From Flectonema sp. DT1601 (Eukaryota): a stretch of DNA of 64,000 bases. The DNA lies in assembly GCA_964019425.1 (NCBI GenBank), contig OZ025781.1, forward strand, positions 62,001 through 126,000, given 5' to 3'. The notes beneath the pieces are model-generated. The model made no database searches and had not been told where the DNA came from. It saw only the letters and a program-made list of their open reading frames with translations. This document shows, piece by piece, positions 33,055 to 42,671 of the stretch (the first letter of the stretch is position 1; every line of letters starts with the position of its first letter). The position numbers and the translations under genes are program-made.

Positions 33055-34782
33055 TTACTTGCGATAGAATTGCGGAGGAAGTGGAGGAGACGCAGGAACC
33101 TCTTCAAGTTCAACATCAGGTATGAAACCATCGTCACTATTTCCCCATTGATTAATCATATATCTCTGAACAGGGTTGGGTGCAAAGTCTGGTTCAGCCT
33201 GCTCCAGCAATGAAACCGCCAATGAACTTTCACTATTTTCATAATGTGGTGACTGTCGGGATTCGAACCCGTGGCTGTGCTTTGGTAATGTCGGTATCTT
33301 TGTTTCCTTTTCAACAATTTTAACTTTTTCAACAACCTTTGGTTTATCATTTTTATCATTATCGTGATCACCATGACCACCACCAGAGTGTACAATTCCA
33401 GGAGGTAACCTCTTCTCCAACACAGCTTGCAATAGTCTCTGTGGTGGTCTCCTTGTTTGATAAATAAGAACATACAACAGCAGAGTCTGAGGAATAAAAT
33501 AACAAAGAGGCACTAGCGGTGCGATATAAGCCATTACCAACACCAGGAATCCCAAATGGTCGGCTGTGAGGGCTGAAAGCATGACAAGTTGACCGACATA
33601 AAAACAAGTTGAGTAAACTAATAATTGTAAACAAGGTTTAATGAAAGACGGTTTCCAAATACTTTCATCTTCAACGATCTGCCATGGGTCTAAGTCAGGA
33701 TTCGTGTTTTTAAATCCAGGTGTGAATGTGGCGTCAGGATCAGTATCTGGATGAGGTGTTGAACCATAACAAGGTACGTCATACACTCCGGGAATTCTTT
33801 CTATTTGATTTACCAATGATGATAATCTACTCTCCATTCTCCACCAAAAGAAGAACGATCCCGCCGGTCCAAGCGTAGCTGTCACTACAAGCATAAGCGC
33901 TAAATCAACACCAACCATATTTAGTAAATTAATACCAGCAAGGAATGGAACACATCCCCAAATCCAATGAGGAACATGGATCAACTGGATTATCAACTCT
34001 GAGTACATTAAATAAACATACTTTCCCATATCTAACGATCCTTGACAAGCATCAGGGTTAGGTAAGTCAGGATGATCTTGATAGTCTAAAGTGTGTAATG
34101 CTCTTGTGTGAAATCCAACTTCTTTTCTACAAATATATCTCATCTTTTGTTCATGTCGTAGAGCCATGGCAGACCTAATCAGTAAAATTTTTCTCGCGAA
34201 GGTGCATTTTGACGTTCCGGTCTTCAGTTCCAATATCTTCCAAGACGTTAGAGTATATTGTTGTAACTCGTGGATGGCGTCCCAAATCCTTTTTCTCCAA
34301 TAAAAACAGACTTGAATATAAGCACAGTACGCCAAACCCATTGAGAACAATACTAAATGAGCATATTCAAACAGAAGTAAATCAAACCCGTATCCACACT
34401 CACCTGAAGAACTTGATTTTGATGAACCGCTGCCTGCGCTGCTGTCGCAGCCACCAATTCGAATGTCGGTGAGTCCGAGTTCAGCTGCCAATACGAGAGC
34501 GAAAGATACGACTCCTACCAACATGAGTTCTACGTAGATAGCTTCCAGACCAGCCATTTTGTACGGATCGTCTGCGTGTTTGTGTTCAAAGTGATGTTTC
34601 ATCACTTCCACTCCAACTGTTAAAGTAATCACACCACAAAACATCGTAAAGACTGTTAAGGGATTGGCTTCAACCTGATCTCCAAGTTCCCATAATTTAG
34701 CGTCACCTCCTCCCATCGCGTAACCCAATATCGAACTCCATATTAACGTTCTCAGAGTAATATTTTTCTTACTTAGCCTCAT
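33055..34782 (-). CDS. MLO: MLO-family multi-pass membrane protein, 575 aa
   Basis: GLEAIYVELMLVGVVSFAL (MLO TM2: ALEKIKEELMLLGFISLLL), HLVLFSMGLAY, LDMGKY..YSELIIQLIHVPHWIW, WKPSFI; about 7 hydrophobic segments. Confidence 0.7.
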   Translation of the reverse strand: MRLSKKNITLRTLIWSSILGYAMGGGDAKLWELGDQVEANPLTVFTMFCGVITLTVGVEVMKHHFEHKHADDPYKMAGLEAIYVELMLVGVVSFALVLAAELGLTDIRIGGCDSSAGSGSSKSSSSGECGYGFDLLLFEYAHLVLFSMGLAYCAYIQVCFYWRKRIWDAIHELQQYTLTSWKILELKTGTSKCTFARKILLIRSAMALRHEQKMRYICRKEVGFHTRALHTLDYQDHPDLPNPDACQGSLDMGKYVYLMYSELIIQLIHVPHWIWGCVPFLAGINLLNMVGVDLALMLVVTATLGPAGSFFFWWRMESRLSSLVNQIERIPGVYDVPCYGSTPHPDTDPDATFTPGFKNTNPDLDPWQIVEDESIWKPSFIKPCLQLLVYSTCFYVGQLVMLSALTADHLGFLVLVMAYIAPLVPLCYFIPQTLLLYVLIYQTRRPPQRLLQAVLEKRLPPGIVHSGGGHGDHDNDKNDKPKVVEKVKIVEKETKIPTLPKHSHGFESRQSPHYENSESSLAVSLLEQAEPDFAPNPVQRYMINQWGNSDDGFIPDVELEEVPASPPLPPQFYRK

Positions 34783-35267
34783 GTTATTTAATACCCACTT
34801 GTGAAGGAAAAAAAAAAACAGATAAACACAATAAGAAACTCAACATGTGGGAAAACAGAACAGCATTCATAAGAGAGAATTAGAAAGGTCATCTAAAAGA
34901 GAGATGATTTTTCTATTTAAAAAAAAGGGAAAACGAATAGTGTCACCATCCAACGGTTGGTGGGACTGCATCCTTGCCTCTCAGTACTTATGAGAGGGAA
35001 AAGATACTTTTTTATGTATAAATAGGGTGGAAAAAAAATTAAATTCGAAGCGATTCGCAGAAATAAAAAACAAATTAAAAAAAAAAGAGGGTTAGAATAA
35101 AATAAAAAAAAACCATTCAGAATTAGCCCTGTATTTCGTTGAAAACGCAGACAAAAAATTCCAATCGCACGGGGAAAATACATCATTATGACCATAAGAA
35201 ATAACCGCTTTTCAATCTGAATAGTTTTTTCGTACAAAAAAAAAAAATTAAAATCAAATAAAAATAC

Positions 35268-38096
35268 TTAAACTTGCAACCCGGAGATTAAACTGTCTCT
35301 CTCGGGCGCTAATGATATTGGTGTGGTGTATTCACTGATATCAATATGTTGAGAGGATCTATTCCTTATAGCAAAAACAGCAATAATAATACAACCGACA
35401 ACTACCCCGATGACTGCTATTAGAATGGGGACAAGACTTTTATTCTCATCGTCATCTTCATCTTCAAAGCTGCTATTTCTGACGTTGTCTGATGCTGTGG
35501 TGTTTGTATGCCAATCTTCACGAATGGCTACAACATTTGGAAGTAGCTTCTTATTGAAAGCGCTGATCAGTTGACCTGACAAATCAACTTCAATTGCGAC
35601 AACACTTCCACTAGCTCGATCATTATTATTGAAAATAGAAGCTCCTGTTGTGTTTGCGTCATCAAACTTTGTCAAACACTTTGAAGACTTCCTGAATGGA
35701 TCAGAACAACTACCATTTGGACAGACATTGCCAGGGCAGAGGTACTTTAGTGACATGTTGGGTGCGAACTTTAAAATATTATTTGTGAATTCTGTTCTAT
35801 CGAAATCTCTCATTGAGTTCTTCAAAACTAAAATCACCATCTTCCTAGCTGAGGAAGCAATCTCTTCATTTTGAAAACATTTCATCCTGCCAACTTCACA
35901 GATTCCTGACTGAGGAATTGGAGTACATCTTCCATCAGCAGCCGCACAGTACGAATTCCTCTTCTGCCAGTTTTCACAAGTACTGCATATGAGAGCCTTT
36001 CCGTTCAGACTTTGCGGTTGGCTTTGTTCAACGTCTCCGAGATCTTTACACATGCCATCTGTGCAGTCTCTCATACACTGAGCTAGTTGATCTTCCTTCT
36101 CAAAACACTTCAAACCGTTCTCACAACAGTGAGGTGCAGCAGTGCAGCCTCCCAACTCCGGTATGGTCTCACCACATGGGTTGATCTCTTGTTCTCCATC
36201 CGTTGGGATCGGGATTGGTACCACTATGAACGTGGGAAGAGGGATTGGTGTAGGAATAGGGATTGGTACTACGATAAATGTGGGAAGAGGGATTGGCGTG
36301 GGAATAGGGATTGGTACTACTATGAATGTTGGGAGCGGTTGTGGAGTTTGCTCACCTTCTCCTGACCCTGACTCGCTTCCCTCCGGCTGCATCGTGGGCT
36401 CCGATGTTGAAGCCCACTCTGGCTGTTCCGTCGTTGGTGGCTCTGGTATTGTTGTGGGCAGTGGCTCTGGTATTGTTGTGGGCAGTGGCTCTGGTGTTGG
36501 AGAGGCTGGTTGATTAGTAGTTGGAGCAGATGACGGTTCTGATGTGGGAGGTTTTGGTACTGATGTGGGAGGTGGGACCGGTACTGGGGAAGCTGGCTGC
36601 TCCGTCATCGGTGCAGCTGACGGCTCCGATGTTGGTGGCACCGGTATGGTTGTGGGCGCAGATGACGGTTTTAGCGTAGCAGCAGATGGCTCCGATGTTG
36701 GAAAGGCTGGCTGATTAGTAGTTGGCGCAGCCGACGGTTCTGATGTTGGTGGTATCGGTATGGTTGTGGGCGCAGATGACGGTTCTAGCGTTGGTGCAGC
36801 ACTTGGCTCCGATGTTGGAGGGGTCGGTTGATCTGTAGTTGGTGCAGATGACGGTTTTGATGTTGGTGCAGCAGTTGGCTCCGATGTTGGATAGGCCGGT
36901 TGCTTTGTAGTTGGTGCAGATGTCGGTTCTGATGTTGGTGCAGATGACGGTTCCAGCGTTGGTGCAGCGCTTGGCTCCGATGTTGGAGGGGCTGGTTGAT
37001 CTGTAGTTGGTGCAGATGACGGTTCTGATGTTGGTGCAGATGACGGTTCTGATGTTGGTGCAGATGACGGTTCTGCTGTTGGTGCAGCGCTTGGCTCCGA
37101 TGTTGGAGGGGCTGGTTGATTAGTAGTTGGTGCGGATGACGGTTCCAGCGTTGGTGCAGCACTTGGCTCCGATGTTGGAGGGGCTGGTTGCTCTGTAGTT
37201 GGTGCAGATGAAGGTTTCGATGTTGGTGCAGCAGTTGGCTCCGATGTTGGATAGGCCGGTTGCTTTGTAGTTGGTGCAGATGTCGGTTCTGATGTTGGTA
37301 CGGTTGTGGGTGCAGCCGACGGCTCCAGCGTCGGTGCAACAGATGGCACCGATGTTGCAGAGGCTGGCTGATCCGTCGTAGGTGCAGCCGACGGCACTGT
37401 CGTTGGGGGTTGCGGTATTGATGTAGTCGGCGCCGCTGTGAAAGTGACTGGTCCCTGAGTTGGTGCATGTGTTGGTTGTAATGTCGGCTGTAATGTTGGT
37501 AAGCAGCCAGGCACACCAGGGAACGTTGGCGGTGCCACGAGCACTGCACACATCAGGTCTTGGGTGACTGCACCAGCGGGGAGTCGCGTTGAGAGTTTCT
37601 GAATCAGAAGATTAATGAAAGTCTGCTCCCGAACATCTAAGAAACCATTTGATTGATAATTAATATTTATTCCATCAAAATTCTGATTTGATAAAATATC
37701 AATCAGCTGGTCTGCGACGAAATCTTCCTTCCCAAAACAATATTCCCAACAGTTGTCGTTGTTGTTGGCAGGTAAACCAGTCATTTCTCTGTCACCAAAT
37801 GTTAAAATGACCTTTTTAGCATCAGCTTTCCACTGGAATACAAGTCCAGGGTTCGGTTGTCCACCACAAATAGGAACTGGGGTATTTATAACACATTGAG
37901 GGCTGCATGCGTACGTGATATTTGATCCGTTGTATGTTACGGCACTTGATATTAAGATTTTTGAATAAGGAAATGTTTGATAATATCCCGGACAGGGTTG
38001 CTCACCTTCAACTGAAGCACTAGTAGGATCCCAAGCACCCTGCACTCCGCTAACGCAAAGTATTAGAGTGAGAAGAAACGTTCTCATTTCAGTCAT
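35268..38096 (-). CDS. Type I surface protein: signal peptide, truncated inactive GH18-like domain, Pro/Thr/Ser mucin stalk, CBM1-like and Cys-rich modules, C-terminal TM, 942 aa
   Basis: KKVILTFGD and FDGININYQ (GH18 SxGG / DGxDxDxE equivalents); PTSEPSxAPT repeats; CG..GCTAAPHCCENGLKCFEKEDQLAQC; TM ILIAVIGVVVGCIIIAVFAI. Confidence 0.8.
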   Translation of the reverse strand: MTEMRTFLLTLILCVSGVQGAWDPTSASVEGEQPCPGYYQTFPYSKILISSAVTYNGSNITYACSPQCVINTPVPICGGQPNPGLVFQWKADAKKVILTFGDREMTGLPANNNDNCWEYCFGKEDFVADQLIDILSNQNFDGININYQSNGFLDVREQTFINLLIQKLSTRLPAGAVTQDLMCAVLVAPPTFPGVPGCLPTLQPTLQPTHAPTQGPVTFTAAPTTSIPQPPTTVPSAAPTTDQPASATSVPSVAPTLEPSAAPTTVPTSEPTSAPTTKQPAYPTSEPTAAPTSKPSSAPTTEQPAPPTSEPSAAPTLEPSSAPTTNQPAPPTSEPSAAPTAEPSSAPTSEPSSAPTSEPSSAPTTDQPAPPTSEPSAAPTLEPSSAPTSEPTSAPTTKQPAYPTSEPTAAPTSKPSSAPTTDQPTPPTSEPSAAPTLEPSSAPTTIPIPPTSEPSAAPTTNQPAFPTSEPSAATLKPSSAPTTIPVPPTSEPSAAPMTEQPASPVPVPPPTSVPKPPTSEPSSAPTTNQPASPTPEPLPTTIPEPLPTTIPEPPTTEQPEWASTSEPTMQPEGSESGSGEGEQTPQPLPTFIVVPIPIPTPIPLPTFIVVPIPIPTPIPLPTFIVVPIPIPTDGEQEINPCGETIPELGGCTAAPHCCENGLKCFEKEDQLAQCMRDCTDGMCKDLGDVEQSQPQSLNGKALICSTCENWQKRNSYCAAADGRCTPIPQSGICEVGRMKCFQNEEIASSARKMVILVLKNSMRDFDRTEFTNNILKFAPNMSLKYLCPGNVCPNGSCSDPFRKSSKCLTKFDDANTTGASIFNNNDRASGSVVAIEVDLSGQLISAFNKKLLPNVVAIREDWHTNTTASDNVRNSSFEDEDDDENKSLVPILIAVIGVVVGCIIIAVFAIRNRSSQHIDISEYTTPISLAPERDSLISGLQV
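36205..37500 (-). repeat. Coding tandem repeats: PTSEPS(S/A)APT-type units and 3 copies of a 16-aa PLPTFIVVPIPIPTPI unit
   Basis: Recurrent gatgttggtgcagatgacggttc units, visible in both DNA and translation. Confidence 0.9.
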
Positions 38097-38506
38097 TTTA
38101 TTTTAGTCAAAAAAAAACTGATTTTTAGAATAAACAAAAAAATAAAATTATTTTCAAATCCACCGAACATCAACTCTGCGAGGGGTAATTTCATTCGAAG
38201 CCTTCTCTTATTAAAACTGTTTTGTGAGAAAAAGTAACGTAACGCAAACACTATAACAACATCGGAGTCATACTATGTGAATATTTTTTTTTTAAAACAA
38301 ACAGCGAACCATGGCACCAGCTGACTACTAAAAGCAACAGCAGTACTTCATTCGAAGAAAACGATAAACAGAAGAGGCAGTCGCTACAGAGGTGTGAGCT
38401 TGCTCAGTTCCCTTCCGTGCAAAACTACACTTCCTTTGATTGTGAGAATATTTTTTTATGAGGTACTTTCTGCGGGAGCGTAATAATATCGCAGAGGTAA
38501 CCAACT

Positions 38507-39949
38507 TTAACCAACCGACCCGACGAGTTTCATTCCGAGCAGGGCAGTGGCTTCTGACGCAAATTCCTGCGGTAGTTTCTTAACAACTTTATCACAAAAT
38601 CCTCCGATAATTAATCGAATCGATTGCTCTTCATCTAAACCGCGAGTTCTAAGAAATTGAAGTTGTTCTGCGTCGAGTTTCGATACTGAAGCCTCATGCT
38701 CAAGGTGAGGTGGAGGTCCTGAAGTCTTAATTATCGGAATGGTATTTGTGACACTATTATCTCCTACTAACATGCTGTCACATTGAGAGAAGGAACGAAC
38801 ATTCTTAGCTAGTGGTGACTTGTGAATAAGTCCTCTAAATGTATTCTTACTTCCATCAGATGAGATACTTTTACTTACGATATGAGACCGACTGTTGTTA
38901 CCAATGTGAATCATTTTAGTACCAGTGTCGGCTTGCATCTTTCCATTTGTGAGTGAGACGCTATAAAATTCACCAGAACTCCCATCACCCTTTAAGATAC
39001 ATGAAGGGTACTTCCATGTTGCAGCTGATCCAACTTCTACTTGAGACCATCTTATCGAAGCTCTGTCATGACAGACGCCTCTCTTGGTTACGTAATTTAG
39101 AACACCTCCAACTCCGGTATTTATGTCACCCGGGTACCAGTTTTGTACTGTCGAATAGTCGATCTTCGCATCATCTTGAGCAACAAGTTCGACAACAGCA
39201 GCATGAAGCTGCTTGCTATCAAATGCTGGAGCTGTACAACCTTCCAAATATGAAACTTTTGAGTCAGGTTCAGCAACGATTAGAGTCCTTTCAAACTGTC
39301 CAGCTTCCTTATCATTAATACGGAAGTAAGTAGATAATTCCATTGGAGCTGTGACACCTTTTGGTATATGAACAAAGGAGCCATCTGTAAAGACTGCGGA
39401 ATTCAGAGCTGCCCAATAATTATCAGATTTTGGAACTACACTTCCCAGGTGTTTCTTTACTAGTTCTGGGTGAGACTTTACTGCTTCTCGTATGCTGCAG
39501 AATGTGATACCGACATCTGAAAGTGCTTTTCTAAAAGTAGTTACAACAGAAGTAGAATCAAAGACCACATCTGTCGCCACATTTGCGAGTCGCTTTTGCT
39601 CGTCGACTGGAATTCCTAATTTCTGAAAGGTGTCGAGCAGCTTTGGGTCAACGTCGTTGATGCTTTTTACTTTCTTTTTCGTTTTAGGTTCTGAAAAAAA
39701 AGCAATTTTTGAAAAATCGATCGTTGGTTGTTCGATTTTACTCCATTTTGGAGGTTTCATCTTCAGCCATCTTTTAAATGATCCGACCCTGAACTCAGTC
39801 AGCCATTCTGGTTCCTCTCTACGTTTTGATATTCCTCTCACTGTGTCTTCAGTGATTCCCAATCCGAATGGATGTGATGTTTGGATGTCTGTCTTCCATC
39901 CATGTTTATAAATACGACTGGCAGCTATAGCTGCGGGTATGGCTGCCAT
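38507..39949 (-). CDS. sufB: Fe-S cluster assembly scaffold SufB (cyanobacterial/plastid ycf24-like), 480 aa
   Basis: VDPKLLDTFQKLGIP, EQKRLANVA, AALNSAVFTDGSF, PMELSTYFRIN, GQFERTLIVAE, YLEGCTAP, YSTVQNWY, TWKYPS, QADTGTKMIHIG, QCDSML, EHEASVSK. Confidence 0.97.
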   Translation of the reverse strand: MAAIPAAIAASRIYKHGWKTDIQTSHPFGLGITEDTVRGISKRREEPEWLTEFRVGSFKRWLKMKPPKWSKIEQPTIDFSKIAFFSEPKTKKKVKSINDVDPKLLDTFQKLGIPVDEQKRLANVATDVVFDSTSVVTTFRKALSDVGITFCSIREAVKSHPELVKKHLGSVVPKSDNYWAALNSAVFTDGSFVHIPKGVTAPMELSTYFRINDKEAGQFERTLIVAEPDSKVSYLEGCTAPAFDSKQLHAAVVELVAQDDAKIDYSTVQNWYPGDINTGVGGVLNYVTKRGVCHDRASIRWSQVEVGSAATWKYPSCILKGDGSSGEFYSVSLTNGKMQADTGTKMIHIGNNSRSHIVSKSISSDGSKNTFRGLIHKSPLAKNVRSFSQCDSMLVGDNSVTNTIPIIKTSGPPPHLEHEASVSKLDAEQLQFLRTRGLDEEQSIRLIIGGFCDKVVKKLPQEFASEATALLGMKLVGSVG

Positions 39950-40265
39950 GACATTATTTTCTTTCTTTTTTTTGAGTGGGGAGGGGGAAAAATAATCATA
40001 AAAAAAAAAAAAAAACCATCAACGTTTCCCTTTACGTGACATCAGTCATCCAATACCACATCCCAGGTTGAGTGTAATGTTTCTGGTTAATAAAAAAAAA
40101 AAAAAAAAAAAAGTCAACACCCACCCGTAGTATGTCAATGATAATATTTCAGGCAGTTGCCTTCATAAGTGTAAATAATACCCAGATTTGGGTGACAAAA
40201 CGAATATGAAACATAAAGTTGATGAATTGCTATAAAGCCACACCTGAACAGGTTAGTATTGGACG

Positions 40266-42389
40266 TTAGTAGTCAAGCGCACCTGCCTGACGTTTTCGTT
40301 GTTGCGGTTCGAAACCAAAATTAACAGGTTCGACAAAAATTATTAACTCCTCATCTGGTGGTGGTGGAGGATCAATAGCCGGTTGTGGAAGTGATTTCGA
40401 CAGTCTGAGAGGAACGGCTACTCGATGACGAGCACCCTTTTGAAGTTTTAATCCATCTAGGTAATATATTCCGTACAATATCGGACCTCCTCTCAAAGCA
40501 ACAACATCATAAATAGAAAATTCAATCACAACCTTCTCATCCAGTAGTAGCAGAATGAAATCTTCATTCCAAAGGGGACGAGGTCCAGCCTTTGAAGACG
40601 TTTTAAATTCACACTTTGACTCTCGCAGATCAACTTGAGTAGGAGGGTTGTCATCATTCTTCATCAAAGAAATATTAACGTTTGGATTCTTTTGTTTTAA
40701 CCATCCTAACTCGCATTGAATAACTGTCATGAATCCGATTGGACTGGTTCTCTCAGCTCCTTTTAAAGTTGAGACTTTCAACCTGACTTTTGCAGGAGTA
40801 GTTCTGGGAGGAGTGTATTGCTTTGCGAGTTGATTGTCGAGCAGAAGTTCGATGTTTGATCCCTCAAAAGACCTATATCTACTGCTGAGGATTTGATTCC
40901 AACGGTCACATGATATTCCGAAAATCGGTCTGATTTGATTAAGAACAGAACACAATCCGTCTTGTAAGAATCTTGACGTCTCAAATGATGAGAGAAGTTG
41001 TTGAAACATCCGAACATCTAACGTTGTCGTTTCATCCAATTGAACTAATTGTGTTAACTTTTCTCTCAAAGTCTTACAATCAGGAATCACATGTTGTTGT
41101 GAAATTAGTAAATTAGAAACTGCTTCAAAAAAAGTCTGCTGTCTCATAGTCCTCTCCCTCGCATCTCTAGCCAAAGCAACATTCTCAATGCATCTATGTA
41201 GCTCTGTCGATGCTGGATTCCATGCTGCGAATTTAGATTCATGTTTATTAAAATTACTAATCTCCGAAAGAGCTTCATATTTCATTGGAAAGAAGAGTCT
41301 TCTTCGATCGTTACATCTCGACAGTTCATCCATGTATTTGTTATTTAATGTGTTGGTTCTCTCATCGAGATCTCTTTTAAAAGAGCAATACGACTGTTGT
41401 TGATCTCTCTTTGGGGGTCTTACTAAGGGTATCTTTCTATAGGTTAAAGCGTATTGACCTCCATTGTTGTTTAAGTCATTAAGATGAAGCTCTTGTAGAT
41501 CAAGCATCGGTATTATAGACCGTGATTTAGACTGAGGTTTACTCGGCGAAATTTCTGATTGTGGAAGTGACAACTCTGTTGGGGCAGTTATAAAAACAGA
41601 TTTCGCACATTGTTGTAGAGATGTGCTACTCTTTTCTAAGTTTTGTTTTTCAACTCTATTCTTTATAGCACCTGGTGAGTATTGTTCTAAAAGCAAAGAA
41701 TCTAATCCGTCTCTTGGAGATAACATTTTAGGTACTTCAAACGGTTGTAGGCTTCGATTATCTTCGTCGTATCTGACGGGGCCAAACTTACATCTTTGGA
41801 CTCTTCTTTCACTGATTGTAACGTATTGCTTTAATCTTTTTGTTACACCTTTTGATGATTTCCTTTCTTTGTATCTGCCGTAGTGATGACCTTGAGGTAG
41901 TTGACTGTCTTGGATTCGTTTCTTTTTTTTCTTCGGAACGGTTTCATCGCTGCCGCTGCAACCCATTCGACGAACAGCTTCAGGAGTATCAGGGCGTCTA
42001 ACTTCAGGGAGGGAGGCTTTTTTTCTTTCATCGGGACGAGTGTCTTTGTGGTGATGTGTTTGTGCTACGTCAACAAGCAGTTTTCTACTATTCGAAATGG
42101 TGTCATCGATATTCCAACTGCCAGGTGGTGGTTCAGGTAATAACTGTTGCCCTCCTTCAACAAACAGACAATGAAAATTAAACTTTTGTTGTGATCCCCC
42201 AGTACTCTGATGAAGTAATCCTTCACTCTTTAAAACATGAGTCACTTCGTCTTGTTGTAATCCGTTAAATATCCCCTTAGCACCTCCATCTTTTTTATTT
42301 TTATATTCCATCATTGCCGCTTCTGCTGCATAAAGCAGTTGTTCTGTACGAGGACAGTTACCACCACGAAGAGGTTTCTGTCTGATCAT
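40266..42389 (-). CDS. Uncharacterised protein with C-terminal C2 domain, 707 aa
   Basis: FKTSSKAGPRPLWNEDFILLL...IEFSIYD C2-like segment; long intact ORF. Confidence 0.65.
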   Translation of the reverse strand: MIRQKPLRGGNCPRTEQLLYAAEAAMMEYKNKKDGGAKGIFNGLQQDEVTHVLKSEGLLHQSTGGSQQKFNFHCLFVEGGQQLLPEPPPGSWNIDDTISNSRKLLVDVAQTHHHKDTRPDERKKASLPEVRRPDTPEAVRRMGCSGSDETVPKKKKKRIQDSQLPQGHHYGRYKERKSSKGVTKRLKQYVTISERRVQRCKFGPVRYDEDNRSLQPFEVPKMLSPRDGLDSLLLEQYSPGAIKNRVEKQNLEKSSTSLQQCAKSVFITAPTELSLPQSEISPSKPQSKSRSIIPMLDLQELHLNDLNNNGGQYALTYRKIPLVRPPKRDQQQSYCSFKRDLDERTNTLNNKYMDELSRCNDRRRLFFPMKYEALSEISNFNKHESKFAAWNPASTELHRCIENVALARDARERTMRQQTFFEAVSNLLISQQHVIPDCKTLREKLTQLVQLDETTTLDVRMFQQLLSSFETSRFLQDGLCSVLNQIRPIFGISCDRWNQILSSRYRSFEGSNIELLLDNQLAKQYTPPRTTPAKVRLKVSTLKGAERTSPIGFMTVIQCELGWLKQKNPNVNISLMKNDDNPPTQVDLRESKCEFKTSSKAGPRPLWNEDFILLLLDEKVVIEFSIYDVVALRGGPILYGIYYLDGLKLQKGARHRVAVPLRLSKSLPQPAIDPPPPPDEELIIFVEPVNFGFEPQQRKRQAGALDY

Positions 42390-42671
42390 TTATTACGTGC
42401 GTGTTACCAAACTAAGAGAAGCAACATGAGAAGCTTGTTGTCTATTCTGGTTATTAATTATGTATTTTGTGATTATTATTATTATTATTATTATTAGGCC
42501 GACTAATTAGGTTAAACAAAATCGAATTAACAAAATCAAATAATAAATAATAAATAATGTAATATAAAAATCTCTCGTCTTTTTTTTTTTTTTTTTTTTG
42601 AGAAATGTAAATTTTCAAAAAAAACAAAAAAAAAATTTAAAAAAAAGTGACCTCGGAAGAGCTCACAGAGT

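Noticed and set aside
36087..37551. Overlapping alternative-frame and antisense ORFs (His/Gln-rich etc.)
   Set aside because: Shadows of the coding tandem repeat; the same applies to 20077-20496 and 46267-46800.
313..39949. Functional link between the sulfurtransferase and SufB as a sulfur/Fe-S cluster
   Set aside because: About 37 kb apart among unrelated genes; co-orientation is shared by every gene here.
39950..40090. Upstream ATGTG|GTATTG exon that might add a targeting peptide to SufB
   Set aside because: Splicing to either nearby AAG acceptor creates an immediate TGA.
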